Notes: generated by a model not told the origin, from the letters alone. Positions 7,936 to 16,357 are shown, counted from the first letter of the stretch. The stretch: 32,000 nucleotides of DNA from Candidatus Nanobsidianus stetteri (GCF_003086415.1 NZ_QEFP02000016.1:1-32000), one strand, 5' to 3'. Numbers and translations are program-made.

Positions 7936-9201
7936 TTACCTATTTAATAACCATTTCCATAAAGGTATTAATTTTATTTCTTTATTATCTTCAATTATTT
8001 TATCTTCTAAATCCCATGTAATAATTTTTAGATTATTACAATTTAATAAATTGGATGCTTTAATTAATGATCTTATTTCTCTTCTATCTATTTCATCTAA
8101 ATTATTTATATAAGAAACCTGAATTAATTCTTTTATTATATCATTTTCTTTTATTAGAAAATCTACTTCATGTTGTTGGTAATCTTTAAAATAATATATT
8201 TCAATTAAAGGATCATTATTAACTAATCTTAACAAATCTAAATAAACTATATTTTCCATCCTTTTTCCTATATCATATTTACCAAACAAATTTGCAAAAG
8301 AGACATCGCATAGATAAACTTTTCTTGGCCATCTTTTTCTTTCAAAAAATTTGTCAGAATATTTTTCTATAAAAAATATAGACATTGTATCCTGTATTTT
8401 ATCCATGTATGAAAATATGGTATTTTTTGTATTTATATTAAGCTGATTTTCTATGAATCTTTTTATTCTATTTATGCTTATTTCATTAGAAAAGTTCTGC
8501 ATTAAATATTCAAAAATAATTCTTGCAACATTAAGACTTTTGATTTTCCCCCTTTCTATGAAATCTTTATAAAAAATTGTTTCATAATATTCTTTAATTA
8601 TTCTTTCTTTATCTTCTATGAAAATTACTTCCGGATATCCTCCAAATTTTATATATTCTCTTAAATATTCTTTTATCTTTTCTATATCACTTATACTCAA
8701 TATTTTAGAAACTTTTATCCTTGTTTTTAAAAATTCCCTGAAAGAAAATGGTAATAAAATATAGTATATTGTTCTACCCCTTAATTCGGTTAATAATTCT
8801 TTTGGTAATAATCTTGAAGAAGAACCTGTTAAATATATATTGTACCCTCTATCAATTAATGTTCTTACCAATTTATTCCAATTTTCTAAATTTTGTATTT
8901 CATCTAAAAATATTGTATTTATTTTTACATTATATTTGGATTCGTATAAAGATATTATATTTAAAATTTCTTCTGGCTTAATATTTGAGAATTCTATGCT
9001 TTCAAAATTAATATATATTGAATTATCCTTATTTGATAAATATTTATTTAATAATAAATATGTTTTTCCAGATCTCCTAGGACCAACAATAGATATAGCT
9101 TTATTTTCTATATTTTTTATATTTAATTCTCTTTCAATATAATTTATTTTTCTTTCTCTTATTCTTTCGAAATATTCTACTATAAGACTTTCATTATACA
9201 T
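7936..9201 (-). CDS. AAA+ ATPase of the AAA_14/DUF4143 (COG1373-like) family
   Basis: Walker A VGPRRSGKTYLL, Walker B IFLDEIQ, FGGYPEV, and a C-terminal EVDFLI...ELIQVSY nuclease-like module. I placed the start at the internal Met (MYNESL, 9201) because the 20 upstream codons of the track ORF are the 49-bp repeat. Confidence 0.8.
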   Translation of the reverse strand: MYNESLIVEYFERIRERKINYIERELNIKNIENKAISIVGPRRSGKTYLLLNKYLSNKDNSIYINFESIEFSNIKPEEILNIISLYESKYNVKINTIFLDEIQNLENWNKLVRTLIDRGYNIYLTGSSSRLLPKELLTELRGRTIYYILLPFSFREFLKTRIKVSKILSISDIEKIKEYLREYIKFGGYPEVIFIEDKERIIKEYYETIFYKDFIERGKIKSLNVARIIFEYLMQNFSNEISINRIKRFIENQLNINTKNTIFSYMDKIQDTMSIFFIEKYSDKFFERKRWPRKVYLCDVSFANLFGKYDIGKRMENIVYLDLLRLVNNDPLIEIYYFKDYQQHEVDFLIKENDIIKELIQVSYINNLDEIDRREIRSLIKASNLLNCNNLKIITWDLEDKIIEDNKEIKLIPLWKWLLNR

Positions 9202-9208
9202 GTCATTA

Positions 9209-9257
9209 TTATTATACCAAATTTTTATAAAAATGGTATAGTTACTATACCAAATAT
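9209..9257. repeat. Copy B of the perfect 49-bp direct repeat, immediately upstream of the ATPase start
   Basis: Identical to 7773-7821. The TATA-like core sits about 20-35 nt upstream of the 9201 ATG on the minus strand. Confidence 0.9.
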
Positions 9258-9324
9258 TCAAGATTTTGTTTCATATATAAAACAATATCTACAGATTTTG
9301 TTTCATGAATTATACAAAATTCAA

Positions 9325-9735
9325 TCATAGTTCCAAAATTTTTATATTGTATTTTTTAGCTATTTTTTTCAAATCTTCATCGTAAGTAATAAATGGACAA
9401 TTCAATCTTTTAACAATTGATAATAAAATAAAATCATTTAAATTACTCTTACTTAATTTTTTATTATTTTCCTTTATCATCTTTAAAGCTTCCTTAACAT
9501 CTTTAATTTTTATGCTTTCTATTTCAAATAATTCTAAGTTATTTATTACTCTATAAATGGTATCAATATCATATATATATTCTATTAAAATCCCTAGAAA
9601 TTAATAAATAACTACTTCTGGCAATATAATATCATAACTAGTCAATATGTTGATATTTTTCTGATGGTCTTCATAATCTTCAAATGTGGCTCTAACTAAA
9701 ACATTTGTATCAATAACTATTCTTTCTTTTTCCAT
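9325..9735 (-). pseudogene. vapC: PIN-domain toxin (VapC) interrupted by one in-frame TAA at 9601-9603
   Basis: My translation of the minus strand is MEKERIVIDTNVLV...ILPEVVIY*FLGIL...SNLNDFILLS...ITYDEDL...KILEL. The PIN acidic residues are present (DTN, ND, YDED). The stop falls where the second conserved Glu is expected. The ATG overlaps the vapB 3' end by 19 nt. Confidence 0.7.
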
Positions 9736-9980
9736 CTTTTTATTTCTGGATATTCTTCTTCAACAATATCTTTATCATATTTTTCTATAGCTTTATTTAT
9801 ATCTTCTTGAGTTAATTTTTTACCTAATCTTAATTTCACCCATTCTATTGGTTTAATAATTATAGCATTATTTTTTTCATCTTCTTCTACTATTAAATAT
9901 TGACCCTCTTTTATATTTAATTTTTTCCTAATTTTTGCTGGTATAGTTATTTGATAATTTCTAGTAACTTTTACTTTCAT
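9717..9980 (-). CDS. vapB: AbrB/SpoVT-fold antitoxin (VapB-like)
   Basis: The N-terminus VKVTRNYQITIPAKIRKKLNIKEGQYLIVE is the AbrB swapped-hairpin signature. The gene lies directly upstream of, and overlaps, the PIN gene. Confidence 0.8.
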   Translation of the reverse strand: MKVKVTRNYQITIPAKIRKKLNIKEGQYLIVEEDEKNNAIIIKPIEWVKLRLGKKLTQEDINKAIEKYDKDIVEEEYPEIKRWKKKE

Positions 9981-10117
9981 ACTATATTAATATATACTCT
10001 TGCCTATAAATTTTATATTAATACAATATTCTCTTTATTTATCTATTTCAACTTAAATTAATTGTAATAATTTGATTTTTTAAAATATTTAAAAATAAAT
10101 AATTGGCAAACTAAAAA

Positions 10118-10519
10118 TTACATTCTAAATTGACCTCCCTGACCCCCCTGATAATTTGGATATCCTGGATATTGTTGTTGTGGCATGCCCTGTCTCATCA
10201 TTTGTTGTCTACCATAATTTCTCGCTATTTCATTTAAATCCCTTTGGACTAAATATGGCATAATTATTCCTACAAGCAAGAATAGTATAAAGTATATTAC
10301 TGCATTATCTTTTTTAGTAACATAAGCCCATCCTTCTGTATATCTATATAGCCAATATATATTTACTATTGGTATAAAATATAGTATAAACGACGGTATA
10401 TTTGCGCCCAATTCATTCAATTCATTTTTTGTCTTATACATCCAATATAAAAAGTATATCCCTAATGTTACAAAACCTAATATATAAACAAGAAGTATAT
10501 TTCTTTCCTTTAGCGCCAT
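10118..10519 (-). CDS. Small membrane protein (DUF4234-like) with a Q/G/P/M-rich C-terminal tail
   Basis: The TM pattern LGFVTLGIYFLYWMYK...IPIVNIYWLYRY resembles DUF4234. The tail is RQQMMRQGMPQQQYPGYPNYQGGQGGQFRM. Confidence 0.55.
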   Translation of the reverse strand: MALKERNILLVYILGFVTLGIYFLYWMYKTKNELNELGANIPSFILYFIPIVNIYWLYRYTEGWAYVTKKDNAVIYFILFLLVGIIMPYLVQRDLNEIARNYGRQQMMRQGMPQQQYPGYPNYQGGQGGQFRM

Positions 10520-10557
10520 TTAATTTTATTTTCTACTATTATTTATAAATCTTTTTT

Positions 10558-12336
10558 CTAATTGTTTTTATATTTTTTTATATTTAAATAATCTTTAATA
10601 AAATTATACAACTCTTCACCAATCTTTTTCTCATTTTCCTTCATAACTTTAGACAAATCTTTTATTATTTCAATATTTTCTTCAATTATTTTTTCCTTTA
10701 AACTTATATCTGGTTTGCTTTCTAATTTTTCCAAATTTTCTTCCATTTTTCTTGTAAAGTTTATATCTAAAATATCTGGATAATATCTCTCAAATATTTC
10801 AACAATTTTTTTACCCAATTCGGTGATTTTTATTGATTTACCTTCTACGTATTTTCTCTTAAATAATATTTCAACAATATCCGCCCTTGTGCTTTTTGTT
10901 CCTAGATTCAATTCTTCCATTTTTTTAACTAGGGATGCTTTATTATATCTTGCTGGTGGTTTTGTTTTTTTCTTTGATATATAAACCTTATCTATAAACA
11001 ATTTTTCTCCTACATTAAATTTTAAAGAAACAAAATTATCCTTATATTTTTCCCAATAAATATCCAACCATCCCTTATATTTTATATCATAATAATCATA
11101 AACAAAATTTTCTTTTGTAATAACATTTATTTTATATATAATTGCAGGATCATAAAATGTAGCAATAAATCTCCTAACTACCAAATCATAAATTAATTTT
11201 TCCTTATATTCTAAATATTCTGGAATATTTCCTGTAGGATGTATTGCTGGATGTACATCATCCTTAGATCCATTGTTTGGTTTTAAAATTTGTTTTTCCA
11301 ATAAAAGAACAATATATTTCTTATAAGAATTTATTAATGATAAATTTGATAATATTTCTTTAAAGTTAATTGTTTCTGGTAATCTTTGGGAAGATGTTCT
11401 TGGATAAGATACATAACCCTTTTCATATAAAGATTGTAAAATATCTAAAGTTCTTTTTGGACTAATTTTATAATATTTATATGCATCCATCTGTATATCT
11501 GTTAAATTATATGGATGTGGAGGGTTTATTTTTTCCTCTTTTTTATCTACATTACTAATAATTAAGTATTTTCCCAAATTATTTTTTATTTTGTTTGCTT
11601 CATCTTTATCCTTTATTTTATCTTTTATATATGAAAATTTCAACTTTTTATCATCCTTTATAACCAAAGCTTCAACTTTATAATATTCTTCTGGTTTAAA
11701 ATTTTCAATTTCTTTTTCTCTATTAAATACTAACATTAATGTTGGACCCTGGACCCTTCCAATGCTCAAAACAAATTTTCTAGTATAATAAAATAAAGAC
11801 TTTGTTAATGCTCTAGATAAATTTATACCATACAACCAATCAATTATATGCCTTGTCTCTCCAGCATATATATATCCAAAATTTAAACTTTCTTTCCTAT
11901 TATTAAAAGCTCTTACAATATCTTTATATGTTATTGCAGAAAATATCATTCTATCTGCATTTTCTTTATTTAATACATATCTTAAAATGTTATAACCTAT
12001 TAATTCTCCTTCTATATCATAATCTGTTGCGATTATTATATTATTTTCATTTTTAAATTTACTGAACATTTCAATATAATATTTCTTTGCAATAATTCTA
12101 TCTTCAAAATATGATGGAACCCATCTATAATTGAATGTTGGATATTCATATTTTTTATCTAAATCTGATAATGTAAATAAATGACCAATTGAAGGGACAA
12201 CGTATACATTTTTTCCTTCCAAATTAAAATAATAATAATATATATTTTTTGAAAATTTTATTTTTTTATACTTATTATTTGATAAAAATGATGAAATTTT
12301 TCTAGCTACAGAAGGTTTTTCCGCAATTATTAGCAT
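10558..12336 (-). CDS. topA: Type IA DNA topoisomerase (TopA/Topo III-like)
   Basis: Toprim N-terminus MLIIAEKPSVARKI, DYDIEGE (the DxD region), GRVQGPTL and YVSYPRTSS (catalytic Tyr context). No helicase domain and no C-terminal zinc fingers were seen. Confidence 0.85.
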   Translation of the reverse strand: MLIIAEKPSVARKISSFLSNNKYKKIKFSKNIYYYYFNLEGKNVYVVPSIGHLFTLSDLDKKYEYPTFNYRWVPSYFEDRIIAKKYYIEMFSKFKNENNIIIATDYDIEGELIGYNILRYVLNKENADRMIFSAITYKDIVRAFNNRKESLNFGYIYAGETRHIIDWLYGINLSRALTKSLFYYTRKFVLSIGRVQGPTLMLVFNREKEIENFKPEEYYKVEALVIKDDKKLKFSYIKDKIKDKDEANKIKNNLGKYLIISNVDKKEEKINPPHPYNLTDIQMDAYKYYKISPKRTLDILQSLYEKGYVSYPRTSSQRLPETINFKEILSNLSLINSYKKYIVLLLEKQILKPNNGSKDDVHPAIHPTGNIPEYLEYKEKLIYDLVVRRFIATFYDPAIIYKINVITKENFVYDYYDIKYKGWLDIYWEKYKDNFVSLKFNVGEKLFIDKVYISKKKTKPPARYNKASLVKKMEELNLGTKSTRADIVEILFKRKYVEGKSIKITELGKKIVEIFERYYPDILDINFTRKMEENLEKLESKPDISLKEKIIEENIEIIKDLSKVMKENEKKIGEELYNFIKDYLNIKKYKNN

Positions 12337-13415
12337 TAATTATATTTCTTAAATAATTCTATATAATTTTCGCATATTTTCTTTTTAATATTATTTCCAT
12401 CATAACAAATACCAAATCCTCCCCCATGTTCCTTTCCCCATTCATTTACAATATCTCCAAATGTCCAAATAAATACTGGAATATCTGAAGAAATCTTTTT
12501 TGTATATTTTATTGTCTCTTCAATATATTTATATCTGGTTTTTTCTTCTTCATAATTTTTAGCATATAGACCTGTTTCTGTTATCCAAATATTATCAACT
12601 CCAGATAATTTTTTATAATGAAATATTACATTCTGAATATCTTTTGGATTATATGCATTTATTATCCTTAGTAATTTACTTCCAAGATAATTTTTTCCAT
12701 ACAAATTAAATCCAAAAGTTCCATAATAATTTATGTCTAATACATTATAATAATTCCTCAATTTTTTAATTTGATTTTCAAAAGATTTTAGCAAATTATT
12801 AAGTGTTATTCCTATATTTTCTGAATAAAGAGAATAAACATTAAAATGTATTATCTTTTCTCTTTTGAATTCATCGTAAATATATCCTTGTATTTCTTCT
12901 ACATTTTCTAAAAATCTATTTAGATAAAAAATTCCACTTGGATTTATTAGAACATTCATAAAATAAGTATTTATTGGCTCATTTACAGGACATATATGTT
13001 TTACATAGCCAAATATTTCTTTTACATTTTCTATATGATTTATAAAATACTTAAGAAAATCTTTATCAAAAATACTTACCCAATTTCTCGGATATGTAAA
13101 ATGTAATAATACCAAAAGTACATCAATTCCCTGATCTTTATATCTTTCTAATAAATATAAAATATTTTTTAATTTATTTTTATCTATTTTTCCATCTGAA
13201 TTTTCTACATATGATGATAAATAAGATAGTCTAACATTTTTTACATTATATTGTAATGTTGAAAGTTCTATTAATTTATCTAAATCTGATTTATTATCTA
13301 AATTTATATTATTTCTTCTATTATCTAAAAATCTATATTTTTTATAGAATATATCATTCTCTATATTTGATTCTCTAGCAACCTGAACTAAGCTATAGGA
13401 TATACCTATAGTCAT
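12336..13415 (-). CDS. Clan GH-A (TIM-barrel) glycoside hydrolase-like protein, GH1/GH5-type motifs
   Basis: CPVNEPINTY gives an NEP acid/base motif and IWITETGLY gives a TE(T/N)G nucleophile motif, at appropriate spacing. It is otherwise divergent. Its stop overlaps the topA start (TAATG). Confidence 0.5.
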   Translation of the reverse strand: MTIGISYSLVQVARESNIENDIFYKKYRFLDNRRNNINLDNKSDLDKLIELSTLQYNVKNVRLSYLSSYVENSDGKIDKNKLKNILYLLERYKDQGIDVLLVLLHFTYPRNWVSIFDKDFLKYFINHIENVKEIFGYVKHICPVNEPINTYFMNVLINPSGIFYLNRFLENVEEIQGYIYDEFKREKIIHFNVYSLYSENIGITLNNLLKSFENQIKKLRNYYNVLDINYYGTFGFNLYGKNYLGSKLLRIINAYNPKDIQNVIFHYKKLSGVDNIWITETGLYAKNYEEEKTRYKYIEETIKYTKKISSDIPVFIWTFGDIVNEWGKEHGGGFGICYDGNNIKKKICENYIELFKKYN

Positions 13416-13521
13416 TGATATATATTATTTTTACTACTTATATATGATACCAAATATTTATTATAAATTTCATATTTCCGACTTATTTATTCCTATATTT
13501 ATCAATGTAGTCATTATATAA

Positions 13522-15249
13522 ATGAAAAGGCTATATTACTATATAATATTATTCTTATCATCTGTTATAGTTCCCGAAATACCTTTTCTTATATTATTAG
13601 TGAATACTCAATATATAAGTATTCAATATTTTTTAATATCTTCAATTCCAATCATTATAGCATTTATTTTATTGTCATATTTATTTAGAGATTCAATTAC
13701 AAGAGATCCGAATCCAATGGGTGTTTTTTACTATATATCTAAATTATCTAAATATTTATTACCAATCTTTGGATTCTTTTATTACTTATCAATAATATCT
13801 TTTATTTCTTCCGAATTACTATTGATAAATAATTATTTCGAAATTATAAATCCATTTTTATTCTTAATACCATATATATTAATATTTAATTTTATATTAC
13901 TTAATCTATTTAACATAGATATTGAAAGTAAAATACAGGAAATTATTTCATATACTTCTATTATATCTCTTATCATTTTAATTTTGCTTTTTATATTTCC
14001 AATAAATATGAATATTCAATACAATTCGATAAATCCATTTTTATTTACAATAGAATATAATATAACAATATTTTCTGGTCTAGATATATTTACATACTAT
14101 TCTAATTATTCAAACAATAGAAAAACTGGAAACGCTACTTTTTATGGGACAATACTTCTATCAATAATTTCTATATTATTATATGTAAGTCTGTTAAATA
14201 TTAAAACAGAAAATATTAGCAATATAATTATTTTAATATTTTTACCAATTAGTATATATTCTACATATATATGGTTTTATACTGCAAATAAAATATTGGA
14301 AAATATATCAGAAAATAAATTATTACCATATTTCTTTAGAATAAAAAATAATAGGGATTCTCCAATTTTTAATATATTTCTATCCTCTTTTATTATTTTA
14401 ACCTTCTTGTTTTTAAATAATTTTAATTATTTATTATCTTTTTTCTCATCCTTTACAATTATTATATACGTACTATATATAATGTCTTATATAAAGATTA
14501 AAGTGGAGGGAAAAAATTTACATAAATGGAGATTGATAAAAATATTTATTGCTGTTTTTTCAATGACTGCTTTATCTTACCTTTTATTATATGATTTTCT
14601 AAGTGATATATATTCAATTATACTATCTTTTTCAATATCTATTATTATACTAATATTAACATTATATATAACGTGGAAGAAAAATACAAAAATTATAAAA
14701 TTCTACTTTTCTAAATTATATTTTATCCCATATTTAATTAGAAAAGTAAGATATAAAGAAGACATAAAAATAGTTGAATATTATGTAAAAGATGGATATA
14801 AAATATTAGATTTTGGCCCTTTTCTTGGGGATATATCCATAAATATAGCAAAAAAATATAATGTAAAAGTTTATGCCCTAGATATATCTCAAAAAATTGT
14901 AAGAAAATTACAAAAAAGAACAAAAAATATGAAAAATTTCTTTGTATATATTGCAAAAAAAGATGAAATTCCAAAAATCTTCTATAATAACATTGATTTA
15001 ATACTTATATATGAAACATTAAAATTCATTATAGATAAACATAAATTTGTAAAAAATATATATAGAACATTGAAAAATAATGGGTATTTAATATCAATAA
15101 CTTATGCAAGCTTTCTAGAAATAAAAGATATAGAAGATGAAATTAAAAAAATCAGAGAATTACTTGAATACCATAATATAAAGACTTTCTTAATAAAATC
15201 TCATAAAAGATTGTATACTAAATATATATTAATAGGTAAGAAAATTTAA
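13522..15249 (+). CDS. Fusion protein: APC-family permease-like polytopic membrane domain plus a C-terminal class I methyltransferase-like domain
   Basis: There are about 11-12 hydrophobic helices. APC-like segments are FSGLDIFTYYSNYSNNRKTGNATFYGT and LLPYFFRIKNNRDSPIFNIFL. The C-terminal region reads ILDFGPFLGD...VYALDIS...IDLILIYETLKFI...LKNNGYLIS (methyltransferase motifs I, post-I, II/III). Confidence 0.55.
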   Translation: MKRLYYYIILFLSSVIVPEIPFLILLVNTQYISIQYFLISSIPIIIAFILLSYLFRDSITRDPNPMGVFYYISKLSKYLLPIFGFFYYLSIISFISSELLLINNYFEIINPFLFLIPYILIFNFILLNLFNIDIESKIQEIISYTSIISLIILILLFIFPINMNIQYNSINPFLFTIEYNITIFSGLDIFTYYSNYSNNRKTGNATFYGTILLSIISILLYVSLLNIKTENISNIIILIFLPISIYSTYIWFYTANKILENISENKLLPYFFRIKNNRDSPIFNIFLSSFIILTFLFLNNFNYLLSFFSSFTIIIYVLYIMSYIKIKVEGKNLHKWRLIKIFIAVFSMTALSYLLLYDFLSDIYSIILSFSISIIILILTLYITWKKNTKIIKFYFSKLYFIPYLIRKVRYKEDIKIVEYYVKDGYKILDFGPFLGDISINIAKKYNVKVYALDISQKIVRKLQKRTKNMKNFFVYIAKKDEIPKIFYNNIDLILIYETLKFIIDKHKFVKNIYRTLKNNGYLISITYASFLEIKDIEDEIKKIRELLEYHNIKTFLIKSHKRLYTKYILIGKKI

Positions 15250-15253
15250 TATA

Positions 15254-16264
15254 ATGATAAATTATTTCGAATTAAAGAAATGGTATAATGATAATGCTGA
15301 AAAAATAAATAATTCAATAGTAAAAAATATATATAATATTGAAGATGGAGTTGTTTTTGAATTATATAAGCCTGGTTTGGAAAATAGATTTTTATATATA
15401 ATCCCGGGAAAAATTATTTTTCTATATAATGTTAAAGAAAGGGAAGAAATAAATAATTTTACACTAAAATTAAGGAAAGATTTTAATGAAACAAAAATAA
15501 ATATTGAAATTGATAATAGTGATAAAATTATAATAATAAAAAATAATGAAAAAAAGTTATATGTAGAGCTTTTTCCAAATGGGTTGTTAATTGTAACTGA
15601 TTATAATGATATAATTTTATATGCAAACCAATATAAGAACTTTGGAGTAAGAAAGATATTTAGAAATGAAAAATATACAAAACCACCAGGTTCCGTAAAT
15701 ATTATAAATAATATAAATGAATTTTTTGAAAAGGTAAATAATACAAATAAAAAGGATGTTGTAAGATTTTTAGCAGTAGATTTATCTTTGGGAGGAAAAT
15801 ATTCTGAATATATAGTAAAAAAAGCAAATATTGAAAAAAATAAAAGTCCAAAAGAATTAAATAAAGAAGAAATAGAAAAAATATATAATATTTATAATGA
15901 AATAGTAAACTTAAAGATATTAATAGATGAAAGTGGAAATATTATTGGGGATATTAATAAATATTTCATAAATCTTTATTTAAATAGTAGGGAAAATAAA
16001 AGGATAAGAAAATTAAATGAAGAAAAAGAAAAAATAAAAAGAATAATTGAGGAACAGAAAAGGTATTTGGAAGAAATTAATAAGGAAATTAATAAATTAG
16101 AGAAAATTGGTGAATTTTTAAACATATATTCATGGATATTCAAAGACTATGATGAAAATAGTATAATAAAAAATTTTAGAGAACTTAATATTAATATAGA
16201 TATTAAAAGGGATAATAAATATTTAATTGTTAATATAGATGATAAATATTTAGAGAATAAATAA
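15254..16264 (+). CDS. NFACT-N (FbpA/Rqc2-like) domain protein ending after the coiled coil, with no NFACT-R/DUF814 part
   Basis: The N-terminal pattern YFELKKW...NNSIVKNIYNIEDGVVFELYKPG...LYIIPG and the HhH-like FLAVDLSLGGKYSEYIVKKANI resemble NFACT-N. The C-terminus is a K/E-rich coiled coil. Confidence 0.45.
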   Translation: MINYFELKKWYNDNAEKINNSIVKNIYNIEDGVVFELYKPGLENRFLYIIPGKIIFLYNVKEREEINNFTLKLRKDFNETKINIEIDNSDKIIIIKNNEKKLYVELFPNGLLIVTDYNDIILYANQYKNFGVRKIFRNEKYTKPPGSVNIINNINEFFEKVNNTNKKDVVRFLAVDLSLGGKYSEYIVKKANIEKNKSPKELNKEEIEKIYNIYNEIVNLKILIDESGNIIGDINKYFINLYLNSRENKRIRKLNEEKEKIKRIIEEQKRYLEEINKEINKLEKIGEFLNIYSWIFKDYDENSIIKNFRELNINIDIKRDNKYLIVNIDDKYLENK

Positions 16265-16357
16265 ATTCTTTTTTCTTTTATTTTTTATAAAATTTCTTCT
16301 TTTAAAATTTATATATTTACCCAATAAATATATAAATTTTTTCGGTAAGAATTATTA

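Noticed and set aside
8748-9142. Two plus-strand ORFs (8748-8981, 8840-9142) inside the first AAA ATPase gene
   Set aside because: They are antisense to a gene with clear Walker motifs, and their products are low-complexity.
9202-9261. 20-codon N-terminal extension of the track ORF 7936-9261 (MNIWYSNYTIFIKIWYNNND)
   Set aside because: These codons are the 49-bp promoter-like repeat, which also occurs in non-coding DNA at 7773-7821. The internal Met at 9201 gives a family-typical N-terminus.
10558-12336. Possibility that the type IA topoisomerase is the topoisomerase half of a split reverse gyrase, as in Nanoarchaeum equitans
   Set aside because: The N-terminus (MLIIAEKPSVARKI) and overall layout look like stand-alone TopA/Topo III. 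No helicase-like half is adjacent. This cannot be settled without phylogeny, so the gene is called plain type IA.
14738-14974. 78-aa antisense ORF in the methyltransferase-like domain region
   Set aside because: It lies inside a longer motif-bearing ORF, and its product is low-complexity.
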